This document shows positions 1 to 14,722 of a stretch of DNA of 64,000 nucleotides, piece after piece. Origin of the DNA: the human T2T-CHM13v2.0 reference genome, Homo sapiens. The translations under genes were made by a program, and so were the position numbers. Under the pieces are notes generated by a model that worked only from the letters and a program-made list of their open reading frames with translations, was not told the DNA's origin and made no database searches. Location: the NCBI RefSeq assembly GCF_009914755.1, contig NC_060938.1; one strand, written 5' to 3'. The stretch's first letter is position 1. Every line of letters begins with the position of its first letter.

Positions 1-273
1 GCCTGTAATCCCAGCACTTTGGGAGGCTGCGGTGAGTCCAGGAGTTCAAGACCAGCCTGGGCAACGTAGTGAGACCTCCTCTCTACAAGAAATAAAAAAT
101 TAGCCAGGTGTGTTAGCACACACCTGTAGTCCTAGCTACTCAGGAGGCGGAGGTGGCGGAGGGATTGCTTGAGCCTGGGACTTAGAGGTTGCAGTGAGCC
201 ACGATTGTACCACTGTACTCGGCCTGAGTGACAGAGTGAGACCTTGTCTCAAAAAAAAAAAAAAAAAAAAAAA
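1..273 (+). mobile_element. Alu (AluJ-like), clipped by the window start
   Basis: Alu dimer sequence with A23 tail. Confidence 0.95.
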
Positions 274-793
274 GTTAATGGAATAAGAACTGCCAAAAGC
301 ACATATTATCTTGTGGGAAAATGTTCATAACATTATCAGATGAAAAAGCAGGTTATAAAGCATAGAGTATGGACTCATTCTGTTTGTGCAAGGGAAATAC
401 ACACAGAGGAAGAATATACGTCAACATGGTGACAAAATGTAGCAGACGTCTTTGGTTGTTGGATCACGGATGAATTTCTCTATGCCTTTTTGTCTCTCAG
501 GTTTTAGGCATTGAGAATATAATACTTTTATTCTTAAAAAATTGCTTTGGTTTTGTTTCATTTTGAAAAGGTGAAAGGGTATATAGCCGCTGCTGGTAAT
601 TTAGCCTTGGGGGAGGGGAGGAAGATTTGGTAATCTTTCTCATTCGTCAGTGCTCACATCCAGTGCCTGAACCATTGCTTCTCTCTGGTAATCAGCATTA
701 TTAGTAAACCCCCACTTCCCCACAGGAGCCACTCTGCCCAGAATTAGAGCATTCTGCAGCGGGATTGGCGTGGAGCAGCAGGCTTCCACCATA

Positions 794-804
794 GGAAAGT
801 CCCC
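794..804 (-). promoter_or_regulatory. Canonical NF-kB site
   Basis: ggaaagtcccc is the reverse complement of GGGGACTTTCC. Motif only; binding not shown. Confidence 0.4.
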
Positions 805-1107
805 TCCAGCAGGGGCCACCGTGCAGCCGCTCTCTCTGGCGGGTGAGACTGGCAAATGGACTTTACTCTCCTGCTCACACATCTGAGTGATTCTGGCGTC
901 TTTTTTTTGGATCCAATAGTTTGGCTGCCCTCATTTATCACCCAGGTGATCTCACATAGACACAAAACTTGGTGTAAAGGCATTGTAAATACTGCTTTGA
1001 AGTAGTATACTTCTTCTTTCTCAGAAGCAGTGCTTGTTGTTTAGTACCCTTATTGGTTACCCCGTGCCCCGAAAGCTTGGGTTCACTTTCCATGGGAAGA
1101 ATGTTAA

Positions 1108-1300
1108 TAATAGCTAATGTTTACTGAACATTTATTATGCATGCCATGTGCTAAACGCTGTACATAGATTATCACATGTAATTTTTAGACCAACCCTATG
1201 AGAGATGGGATTAATTTTTATTCTCATTTCACAGCTGAGGAAACCAAGGCACAGAGAGGTTAAACATGTTGCTTCTAGTGGTAGAGCTAGGATCTGAACC
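1108..1300 (-). mobile_element. MIR
   Basis: Core ctgaggaaaccaaggcacagagaggttaa and MIR 3' end, antisense. Confidence 0.8.
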
Positions 1301-2849
1301 TTGCAGGCTTGCGCTCGATCTCAGCCTTAGTCACTGCATTGCTGCCTCCCCTTCTGCAGGTGGTCCTGTGCAGACCCGTGGTGTGGACCCAGAGTGCAAG
1401 GCCTCCTGAATTCTCACTATCTCAGTGCTTGCATTGGGTTTGATTCCTTCCCAGCACCCAAAACCTTTTATTTCTTTTTGTCTTCTTTCTTGGATTATTT
1501 CTTTAATCCTTTCCCAGGAGACTTTCATCCTCTCAAGTAAACAAATTATTTAGAAGTTTTTAAGTCCTTTCACCCTGTTCTCAAGCAAGGAGACCAGCTT
1601 GCACTTACAATTTCGTGTAGTTATGTGCTTTTGACCTAGCATCAAAAGTTCACATAGTTTTTCCAGATTATTTCTGAGCTTTTCATGATCTCTAACACCA
1701 TCCCTATTATACTTTAACTCTTCCCATAGAAGAACCATTTCTGTATAACTCCATAGGTTCAAAACAGGAAAAGCAGAAGAGAGTATACTCTTATCTCAAG
1801 GTGTAAACTCAAAGGTTAAAAAAAAATTAATTTCTTTAGTATTATAATTTTTAGAGATCACTTAAAAATCTTGTTCTAACACATAAATTCTCTAAGAATC
1901 AAAGCACTTGTCACCATGAGTGTGAACTCTTGGCAGGTCCGTCTAACTCACTTAAATAATGTTAAGCACAGATTTCATTTGGCTAGCTATCAGTGTTCCC
2001 AGTCAGCAGTTACTGACAGTTATTAACAGTTATAGTTAATTTATAATTTACCTTTTACATTAAGATTTCTTAGTAGACTGTTTCAGTATGTATTAAGTTT
2101 ATATCTAAGTGCAATTCAGCTTTTCTTTTTTACTAATGAGAGTAGTTATCAATCATTCATTGAACGCATTTCATAAACAGATTTATTCTTTACAGAGCCT
2201 CCACTGTGCAATTTCAGTGCTAAATTTAACTATTATGACCCTTGACTCTCTTCTAACTACATTTGACTTTTATTATCAATATATCATCAAGCTTACTTTC
2301 AGAGCCAACCATTCTTTCTGCCCTTCATCCACAGGACTCATTTACACCAAGATTGTCACTGTCTTTGCATTTCTCACTTCTTCAGACCTTCATGCCAGTT
2401 TACTGGGTCATTCGGACTAACATGATTTTCATCACTAATGTTAACATATAAGCTAGCTCCCCTTGATTCTGCCTAACATCTCCTGGGCTTTAAACCCCTG
2501 TGTTAATACCACCTATTCCAGAGTCCTGCTATTCCTGACATTTTTTCACCTCCTCATTCTTCCTGTGGACTCGCCTGACAAGTCACTGCTCTAGGTCATG
2601 AGCTTTTAAAAAGCAGGAACTATGTGTTTTTCTTCTTGGTAGTCCGTAAGCACCTAGGAACAGTGTCCAATAAATGTGGATTGAATTGCACTGAAATGAA
2701 ATAACTGCTTAGGCATGTATCTTTACATATGATCCCAGTATTGCAAAGTACAAGAGAGAAAAAGTTATTTTATAGCTAAAATCAGGAAATTATAAAAACA
2801 GGAAATAATAACAAGAGTTTTAATGAAAGATAAGTGAAAATGCTGTAAC

Positions 2850-4427
2850 TTTTTGTTTGCATGTTTGTCTGTTTAAAATTGAGGTATAATTATGTAAACT
2901 AAAAAATCATCTATTTTGGCTGGACGCAGTGGCTTACGCCTGTAATCCCAGCACTTTGGGAGGCCGAGGCGGGCAGATCACTTGAGATCAGGAGTTCGAG
3001 ACCAGCCTGACCAACACAGTGAAACCCCATCTCTACTAAAAATACAAAAATTAGCTGGGCGTGGTGGCACACACTTGCAATCCCATCTGCTCAAGAGGCT
3101 GAGGCATGAGAACTGCTTGAACCCAGAGGCAGAGGTTGCAGTGAGCGGAGACCATGCCACTGCCCTCCAGTCAGGGTGGCAGAGCAAGACTCCGTCTCAA
3201 AAAAAAAAGAGAGAGAAAATATATATATATTTTACTGTTCAATTTGATGAGTTTCAGCAATTTTATATATCTTTGTTAACCACCATGCAACACAACATAC
3301 AGAACATTTCCATCACACTTCAAAATTCCCTTGCGTCTTTTTCCAGTCGATACTGCCCCTCCCCACTAGTAATCATTCTTCTGACTCCTCTCACTGTAGA
3401 TTTGCTGTGCCTGTTCATGAATGGAATCATACAATATTTGTTCTTTTGTGTTTGGCTTCTTTCATTCAATACAGTGTTTTTGAGATTCATCTGTTTTGTT
3501 GCTTATATTAGCAGTTCATTCGTTTTTATTGAGCAATACTTCATTGTATGAATACACCACAATTTATTTCTGTAATGATAGGCATTAGGATTGGTTCCAG
3601 TTTTTGACTACTATGAATACAAATTCAGTGAAAATTCTTATGCAACTTTTTTTTAGCCACATTTTTATTTCTTTTGGGTCAATACCTAGAAGTAGAATTG
3701 TCCTGTCGTGTAAATATATGTTTAACTTTATAAGAAACTGACCAGTAGTTTTCTGAAACGATTGCATCATTTTACACCCCCGTCAGCAATGTATGAAAGT
3801 TCTAGTTGCTCTTCATGCTCACTAACATCTGATATTGTTCTCCATTTGATTTTAGTCATGTTAGTAGATGTAAGATGTTAGTTGCATTTCCCTGATGAGT
3901 ACTGATGTTGAGAACTTTTCATTTGCTTGTTAGCCAGTCACATATTTTCTTTTGTAAATTGACTGTTCCAATCTTTTACATGTTCTTAAATCTCATTATT
4001 TTTGTTATTCATATCAACAGTTACCAATAGGGCATTTTTATATTTTATCACTAGAAATCCTTTGTCACATATACATACCTATATTGCAGATATTTTTCCT
4101 CAAAGGCATGTCTTGCTTATTCATTTTCTTTTCCTTAGTGATGTCTTTTGATGAGCAGAAATGTCTTGATCATGGTAGTTTTATAGTAGTCTTGAAATCA
4201 GGTGATGTAAGTTATCTTTTTCAAGATTGTTTTGACTAATATAGATTCTTTGATTTTTCCCTAATGTGGCAATCAACCTTTCCTGCCACCAGAGGTATGC
4301 TAGAAGAAAAAAAAAAAAGAAGAAAAAAGAAAAAAAAAATCAACATGTCAGTTTCTTCAACAACAAAAACAAAGCCTGCTGGAATTTTTATTGTGATCGC
4401 TTTGAATCTGTAGATTGATTAGGGGGT
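2850..4427 (-). mobile_element. Old L1M 3' end/ORF2 (antisense), interrupted by an Alu
   Basis: Typical L1M 3' UTR (ttgaggtataatt...cagaacatttccatcac...ctttcattcaatacagtgtttttgagattcatc). Confidence 0.8.
2918..3208 (+). mobile_element. Alu (AluS)
   Basis: Full dimer with A tail. Confidence 0.95.
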
Positions 4428-4429
4428 AG

Positions 4430-5631
<1,202 letters not shown>

Positions 5632-5770
5632 TCAACATGGTATATCTTTGTACTTATGTAGGTTTTGTTTAATATCTTTCATTAGTGTTTTATAAATTCA
5701 GTGTAGTGACCTTATGTATTTTCTATTAGATTTATTCTTAGGTATTTGATGTATTCTCATGATATTATAA

Positions 5771-6078
<308 letters not shown>

Positions 6079-6536
6079 GAGTTGTATTGCTTTTTAAAAT
6101 TTCATTTTCCAATTGTGTATTTCTAGAATATAAAAATATGATTTCATTTTGTTTATGGACCATGATTACTGCAACTTTGCTACATTTATTTATTAGTTCT
6201 AGCAGTATCTCTCTAAAGTTTATAAGGTTTTCTATGTAAACAATCATCTGTCAATGAATAATATCTTTTTTTCTTGTCTTAAACTGGCTAGGTCATCCTT
6301 TACTGCTGTTGAATAGAAATGTTTTCTAGTTTACTAAGAGTGTCTGTCAGGAAATGGGTATTGAATTTTGTCAAATGCATTTCATGTCTAACGGTATTAA
6401 TATATGACTTTTCTTCATTCTCTTAATGTGGTGAATTATATGATTGACTTTTTTTCTAATGTTACCCTTGCATTCCTATGGTAAATGCCACTTGGCCATG
6501 ATATATTATCCTAGTGTATTTGATTGGTTGGTTGAT

Positions 6537-6576
<40 letters not shown>
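6537..6576 (+). repeat. (TAGA)10 tetranucleotide STR
   Basis: Perfect repeat. Confidence 0.95.
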
Positions 6577-6577
<1 letters not shown>

Positions 6578-6765
6578 TTTATTAGCTAATATTGTGTTAA
6601 AGTTTTTTTATGTATCTGTGTTCATCAGGCATATTGGTCTGAAAAGACCAAAAGAAAGTAATTTTTTTTTGTACTATCTTTGTCAGATTTCTGTATTAGA
6701 GATATGCTAACCTCATGAGTTGGGAAGTTTTTTTTTTCTCTGCTCTTTTTTGGAAGAGTTTGTGA

Positions 6766-7107
<342 letters not shown>

Positions 7108-7220
7108 ATAGAATTCATTTTGTAATCATCCGGGCTTAGAATTTTCCTTCTATGTAAGAAAATATTAAGGTTTTTAAAAAGGTTTGATTACAAATTAAAT
7201 TTTTAAAATACGTATTGCAG

Positions 7221-7900
7221 CAGGTCTGTGATTCTCAAAGTGCTATTATTGGACCTGGGGGCTGCGGAGAGGTTGGGAGGAGGGGGGATCCTCAGGACCC
7301 TTTGAGGAAGCCAATAGAATCAAACATTTTCATAGTGGTACTGAGACATTTCTACTTTTTTCACTGTGTTGACATTTGCACCGATGGTACAAAAACGATG
7401 GTGGGTTTTGTAAAACTGCTCGTGCCTTAGCACAGATCCAGGCAATGGCACCAAACTGTAGTAGAAGTCACTGTATTCTTGACCACCATAGCATTTTCAC
7501 TTGAAAGAAATGCCAGTGCTACTTAAGAGTATCCTTCATAAGCAGTAATATTTTCTTAAACTCAACCCTGGAGTGTATATCTTTTTAATATTCTGTCTGA
7601 CAAAATGAGATGTACACATAAAGCAATTCGGCTGCTTAGTATGTAATAGTTGTCTCAAGGAAAGGCATTTGTGACCCTGAACTTGAAAGAGCATCTATCT
7701 GATAGACAAACTAGGGTTATTTGGATTTGGATATTTGGCAGTTGTTTCCTCAAAAGTAAACAGTGAGCCTATCACTTCAAAGAATACAACTGACAGTATT
7801 TGTTGTCAATGATAAAATTACAGCTTTTCAGGAAAAGTTTGACTTTTGGAAAACGTGTATCCACCACTGTGAGTTTGACATCTTCCTAATACTTGAAGAT
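7221..7900 (+). mobile_element. hAT-Charlie DNA transposon remnant (Charlie1a-like)
   Basis: Charlie1 left end (ttctcaaagtg...cactgtgttgacatttgcac) and degenerate transposase SLSLQRIQLTVFVVNDKITAFQEKFDFWKTCIHH. Confidence 0.75.
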
Positions 7901-7997
7901 TTAAATATCTGTACATTTCACAAAGTGCCATTGAAGTGAATAGACTTTCTTGTAAAGAAATAATTTCTCCCCAGAAAGCACCTCCTTCATGGCCTTA

Positions 7998-8160
7998 TAG
8001 TGTTTCTCATCAGAAGCACCACTGGCATTTTAAGCAGCACACATTTTCTTAATACAAGACTATTCCTTTCATTTCTGGATATTTAACACCCTGACCTCCG
8101 CCAATTAAATGTCAGTGACACCTCCACCCCCATCATTGTGACAATTGAAAGCACACTCAC
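7998..8160. mobile_element. MER20-related hAT element fragment
   Basis: agtgtttctca...ctggcatttt...aaatgtcagtgacac...tcattgtgacaa. Confidence 0.5.
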
Positions 8161-10999
8161 AGTTGCAAGCACGATCAAAAAGAGCAGGGGCATCCTTGTA
8201 CATGGTAGCTTGTGTTTGGCTGGACTTGGGTGGAGGAGGCTGGGAAGATGGACCGTGGAATCACCCTCTATACAAGTGTCACAGTCCTCTGCATATCTTT
8301 ATGGAGAGTGCAACTTCCATTGAGATTTTGCTTTACATTTTTCAGATTCCCTCCAAGTTCCCTAAAACCAGTATCCATTTGATGGAACAGATATTAAACC
8401 AGAGGAAAAGTATAGCTCTTCAATGTTTATTGGCTGGAGGTTGCAGGTATGCTGCAGGAAGGGCAGTTGTAGAGAAAAACATTTCATCCTGCAGTGCCAC
8501 AGTACAATATAGAAAGTAAGATAAAGTTCTAAATGGATAGGCTATTAAGAGAATGTAGTATTTAGAAAAATTTGCAATATTGTTGCCTATTTGCTACATA
8601 TGTAAAGGGGAAATACAGCCTAATTCACTTTGAATCAGATGTTAAGCACAGAACCTTCCCACAGCTAATTCTCTTGGCTCTGTGTACTCTGTTGTAGAAG
8701 TAAAGTAAATCAATTAGAAGATATTTACGGGGCCTGTGTACAATATTATGTTTTAGCATTGAGCAAGGAAAAACACTAAATTTTGGAGAGAATGATTGAA
8801 CCTCAAAATTTTTGGTAGGAGTAGAAAAAACATTATTAGAAAAATAGAATTCGTTGAGGTTCAAGAATGGGATGGAATTTTGCATTGAAATAGAAAGTAT
8901 GAGATGCCTAGAAAGGAATATTTAGATATATAAACTTGGGCACCAGAAATCAAGGAAAGGCCAAGTTATGGTACACCTGGCCTCCGCTGTGTCAATCATT
9001 ATAGCATTAGCATACTGCAAACCCCAAGGCTTGTGCTTTAAGTGTGAGAAACCATGGGCTGAGTGACACCCACTGTAACTCAAAGCAAGCAAGTTTCTCG
9101 TGGCACTTATTACATTACACAGCTGAGCATTTCTGCCCCCACCCAGTGTTGCAGTGTAAAAATGCCTGCCTCTTTGCTAAAAGCCTCTACTTGCTTGAGA
9201 AACTTCCTTTTGTGATTTGTAGACTGGGCTTATGTTACTGAGGAGATTAAAAACAGATTTCATTATAAAAGTTTATGATGTTCCAGTCCGTTCAATATGT
9301 GTGCAGTTGGAGGAACACATCCTTTCTTATCCATAATTCCTTATTTGATCTTCTCTTGCCCACTGTCCTACCCTTTATATATCCACAGACCCCCACCTCA
9401 TATTCACACACCTGCAAACCTGTCCATGATCATCCCCACATAAAGGGGCCTGGTTTGGTTTCAGACTTTGATTTCTGATACACAAGAAGGCATTAAAGTG
9501 AATGTCTCCTGGGGATATTTGTTATTAAAACAGCTTTTAGCAAATGAACCAATCTAGCCAGTGAGATGAATTCTGATGTAAGCTTCATAGTTATATAAAT
9601 ACTGTAAAATCTAATCACTGAGTCTAGATTGCTTTCTGTAGCTAGCAACTTCTGTAACCAGCAAAGCAGGAACGAAAGCAGAACCACTGTTGATGGGCTT
9701 TCTGAACTTTAGTCCAGTTGTAACTAATAGTTTAATTCTGGATTCAAAGCAGCACCTGCCCTAATTGGTGTGGAAATCTCAAGGTTAGCCAGCTAAAGCA
9801 GTTTCTTCTTTTTCACCTGTTTCTTTCCTTTGTATTCATTTGTTCACTGGATCAGCCCACTCCTGCCTTGAACCTAGATACCTTTCTTGGTGGCTCCCCC
9901 TTTCGTTCACAGCTCACTCCGTTCCTTTAGCTGAGCCAGTAGCTGTTGAGTAGTTTTGGGTGTTTTATCTTCAGTAAGCTTTTCTCTTCCCTCACTAATG
10001 AGAAAAGAGATAATAGGTTCCTCAGGCTCCTCCTTTCCTAACGATGTCATCCTGTTTTACTGTCACTCAGCACCCTGCTTTGTGAATAATGTTAACATTT
10101 CACTAATGTATTGAAGTATTTATTTATATTTGATCAGTGCTCACCATGTTTCTCCATACGTCTAGAAGTCTCTTGGGAAAGATCATGCCCTTTTAACTGT
10201 CTGATAACATGCACACTGAGGCACTTCAAGAAGGATCACTGAAGATCAAATGTCGCACTCAGAAAACTTAATAGATAAGCTCTGAGCTTTTTGGTGTGTT
10301 CTCCAAGAAGATTAGGAGATGGTATACAATTGAGCAACTGAACTGTGGGAGCCAAACTGTGGGAGGAGATGAGTAAGGGATGTGACATATCAGAGGTGAG
10401 ATTATGGGATAGAAAGCCGAAAGAATACAGTTCACGGACTTACCCTTAACGAGAGATTTGGAAATCTCTCTAAGAGAGTTGGGAAACCAAAGCAGAGGCC
10501 CGAAAAGACCAGGTTGTGAGGGAGGGCACAGGCAACAGAGGAGCATGGACTTCTGAGCTTGGCAAACATTTCACTTTGCTCCCTCCTTCAGTGCTCTGTT
10601 GAGTCATCAGGACCCAGGCTATAAATAACCCTATGTGGCTTTTAGGTGAGGACTCTGGAAGGTCTGTGTAGCCTCACTTCAGGGTTCCTACACCTCTGTC
10701 ATTGAAATGACTTTAATGACAAAGGAAAGAATAACACTGATTTAAATCACTATGAATACTTTTCTCAATTTAGGCACCCTTTCATTTTTCTAAGCCCCCT
10801 TAACCAGGGTTTGGAGCAAGGTTGTTCATTATGAAAGTCTTATGTTTCTTCTATGTACAATTTTCCTGTCACTGTACCTAAAAAGGAAAAGAAATACAGT
10901 GTAATTAAAGATGGTCCCAAGAAGAATAACCAAAAGTGTTAAGGAGATGGAAGGACTGACAAGACTGTTCTCAAAAGAAATGAGACCTTTAGAAAATCA

Positions 11000-11695
11000 T
11001 ACTAAAATATATTTAGCATAAAATTTACCATTTTAACCATTTTAAAGTGTACAATTCAGTGGTATTTAGTACATTTATACTGTTTTGCAACTATTAGCCA
11101 CCATCTGTCTCCAGAACTTTGTCATTATGCCAAACTGAAGCTCTGTACTCACTGAAAAATGACTTCCTATTCCCTAATTCCATAGCCCTTGATAATCACC
11201 ATTCTACTTTCTGTCTCTAAAATTTGCCTATTCCAGGTACCTCACATAAGTGGCATCATATAATATTTGTTCTTTCGTGACTGACTTATTTCACTTAGCA
11301 TAATGTCTTCAAGGTTCTGTACATGTGCTGCAGCATATGTCAGAATTTCCTTTCTCTTTAAGCCTGAGTAATATTGTATGTAGATTCATCTGTTGATGGA
11401 CATTTGGGTTGTTTTCACCTTTTGCCTATTTTGTACAATGCTGCTATGAACATTGGTGTACGGTTATTAGTTTTGATTTCAATTCTTTTCTGTATATATC
11501 TACAAGAAAAATTGCTGGATCATTTGGTTATTTTGTGTTTCACTTTTTGAGGAACCCCTAAAGTGTTTTCCAGAGTAACTGTACCATTTTACTTTCCCAC
11601 CAGCATTGCACAAGGGTTCCAGTTTTTCCACATCCTCAGCGACCCTTGTTATCGTCAGGTATTTTGTTTTAATAATAGCCAAATGGGAATGAAGT
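11000..11695 (-). mobile_element. L1MB/L1MA-type 3' end
   Basis: aaaatttaccattttaaccattttaaagtgtacaattcagtgg...ttcccaccagcattgcacaaggg. Confidence 0.85.
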
Positions 11696-11815
11696 AGTAT
11701 AAATGGGGTCTTTTCTACTGGGAAAAGTGATCTGAGAGGGGAAATGTAGGAGGCTATAGTTGTAAAGACTTCTGCTAGGAAGTACACAGACATGGTCACC
11801 AGAATCTAGAATTTG

Positions 11816-12119
11816 GAGCTGGGTGCAGTGGCTCACGCCTGCAATCCAAGCACTTTGGGAGGCTGAGGTGGGCAGATCGCTTGAGCCCAGGAGTTTGAGA
11901 CCAGTCAGGGCAACATGGTTAAACCCCCGTCTCTACAAAAAAAATATATAAAAATTAGCCAGGCATGATGGCACACACCTAGAATCCCAGCTTCTCAGGA
12001 GGCTGAGGTGGGAGGATCACCTGAGCATGGGGAGGTTGAGGCTACGGTGAGCTGTGATTGCACCACTGCACTCCATTCTGGGCTACAGATTGAGACCCTG
12101 TCTCTAAATAAATAAATAA
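11816..12119 (+). mobile_element. Alu (AluJ) with (TAAA)n tail
   Basis: Full dimer; short TSD aatttgg. Confidence 0.95.
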
Positions 12120-12559
12120 TTTGGGCAAGGAAGATAGTCAAAGTATTTAACAAATACTATAACATAGCATAGGTACTGACTACTCAAAAAGGCCACCGGC
12201 CCTTCGCCTTCCTCAGGTGTACAGATTGTCAGCCTCAGTGGGGACCCTGTGAGGTAAATTTGGAATAATGAAAAAAAGTGTCTTCCCACACCATTTATGT
12301 TACCCAGTCATAGGGACATAAGCTCAAATATAAACAACTTCTAAAAAATATTTAGATATTTAACTGATGCGTGGTTGAGAGAAAACAAATTCTGTGTGAT
12401 GAACCCTTTTCCTTTTGAAGTTGATGTTAGAGAAAATGATCATGCATCTGTTCCTGCCTTAAGTTAGCCCCCCATCCTGCATTGGAAGCTCTCTGGACTC
12501 TTCTTGTAGGTCTTCTGGCAATCACAGGGGAATGAAATTGCTATTTCAGTTGTTTTACA

Positions 12560-12725
12560 TCCAGCTAATATTTATTGTACATTGACTGTGTGCCAGGCCT
12601 TATGATACGTGCTAGGAAAAGAAGAGAGTGCAAAACAGACCCTGTCCTTGTCATCATGGAGCTACGGTTTAGTGGGGGAGTCAGATAATATCACACAAGT
12701 AGATTTGTAATTCCAAACTGTGCTT
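12560..12725 (-). mobile_element. L2 3' end
   Basis: aatatttattg...tgtgtgccagg...cctgtccttgtcatcatggagct. Confidence 0.65.
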
Positions 12726-12750
12726 GGTTCCATATTGGAAAAATACCTGA

Positions 12751-13069
<319 letters not shown>

Positions 13070-13112
<43 letters not shown>
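13070..13112 (+). repeat. A43 homopolymer not attached to an Alu or L1
   Basis: 43 consecutive A, 49 nt into the intron after exon A. Confidence 0.95.
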
Positions 13113-13114
<2 letters not shown>

Positions 13115-14599
13115 TCAGTGAATGAGAAATGTAGGATTAGTTTTCCAACCCCGTGCCATCCTGGCTTGGACAGCTCATGGGGAGTCTACTCTTGAGGAAA
13201 AACTGTTCTGGAGCCATAACACTGGCTTTGCTTGAAAGTGATGCTTAACCAGTGTTTGACATGTTTTTTTTTCATTTGAATGCTTCTATACAAAAATCTC
13301 TATTGTGGTGTTTACCCTTTCTGTTGTATGATCTTAGTTTATAACCTCCCATAGGGTCTGATTCTAAGATACCTGAAAGCTTGTATTTTAAGCATCTTTA
13401 TTTCTAAATGTTCTACTTTCTTGCCTTGATATACTTGGCATATGTGCGTGATATTACTCATTATCTAACAAGATTTTCAAGGAATAAATAAGTTGCAAGT
13501 TCTTCTGGTGGGAAATGGACATATGTTAGCATGCAGGTCATCTATAAATGATAGCTATTCATTCAACAAATGTTTACTGTGATTCTACTGTGTACTAGGC
13601 ACTGTTTTAAACAGTGGGGCTATAAGGTGACTGTACACACAAAAATCCTTGCTGTTGTGCAACTTATGTGTAGGGAGATGTTGATTCGCTACTCACTGTC
13701 TTTAAAATGCCAGAAACTACTGAGTGAGGGAGCTATATAAGTATATAGCACTAATATATTAGTATGGCCCCAATTGTAGAGAAAGGATGACCTCACCGAA
13801 AATTCAGGAGTTAAATTTTTCTTGGTGACTCAGGATCATCATTAGAATAGTTACTGTGTTCTACAGTGGGGTTATTGGAATGAATTAGTACTGATTCTAT
13901 AAGCTTTTCTGACATTTGGTTATGTGAAGAAATAACTTTTTATCAGTTTGATCTCCTGATCATTTTTTTCTTATAAAAATGTAGTACATAGTGTGTATGA
14001 GTTTGTGCAAAATTATTTACTCAAAGACTAAAGCAACATTTCCCAAAGGTTTTTTCCTCTAAGTAAAACAATTATTATTATAGTCTGTCTTATCTTTTCA
14101 ACTACCACCCATAATAAAATGTCATTTTATTATTTCAACATAGTTCATCAATTGATCATCTTTACCTGCGGTAGTATACTCTGTACATTATATTAATTCA
14201 TCATAATTGAGAAATTGTAAGTGCCGGCATTTGCAAAGTAGTTCTTTAGACCATTTTTACTGGAGAAAAATAAAATCTCTTAATCTGGAAAGCATAGAAT
14301 ATAGCATCTCATTGTAATCACATCACTTTCTGTCATGTAAAATTTTCTTCATTTAGAAAATCTTGAGGTCTTGAGGATAGTAGACACATTTAAGCCAGTT
14401 TGCATTTTCACAATTCCAGATACAAATGTGTGTCTTAGTTGTTGTTTTTTTTTTTTTAATCTGTGTTCTTAAATTTCTTAAAGCTTTTTAAACTTTAAAC
14501 TCCCTGTCATTCAGAGTACTTGAGAATGCCAACTTAATCAGATACTGGATAGTGGAAGTATCACTGTATAGCCTGAAGATCAAAAAACTACTTCTCAGG

Positions 14600-14722
14600 T
14601 CCTTGGCTCATTACCTGGGCCACAGAATAATGTGTGCACCAAACCCCCGCAACACGCCATTTACCTTCATAACAAACCTGAGCATGCACCCCTGAGCCTA
14701 AAATACAAGTCAGAAAAAAAAA
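14600..14722 (+). mobile_element. 5'-truncated old L1PA/L1PB 3' end
   Basis: attacctggg...caccaaacccc...aacaaacctgagcatgcacccctgagcctaaaat followed by an A tail. Confidence 0.8.

Noticed and set aside
2982-3551. 189-aa ORF, the longest in the track
   Set aside because: It is an Alu read into an antisense L1M 3' UTR. The other ORFs with Alu-type peptides (LECSG, PASAS, GVQW) are rejected for the same reason.
4284-4303. CTCF-like ctgccaccagaggtatgc
   Set aside because: Lacks the conserved GGC of the core's 3' half.
7700-7900. Transposase-like peptide as a domesticated gene
   Set aside because: Short, frameshifted remnant within an ordinary Charlie1-type fossil.
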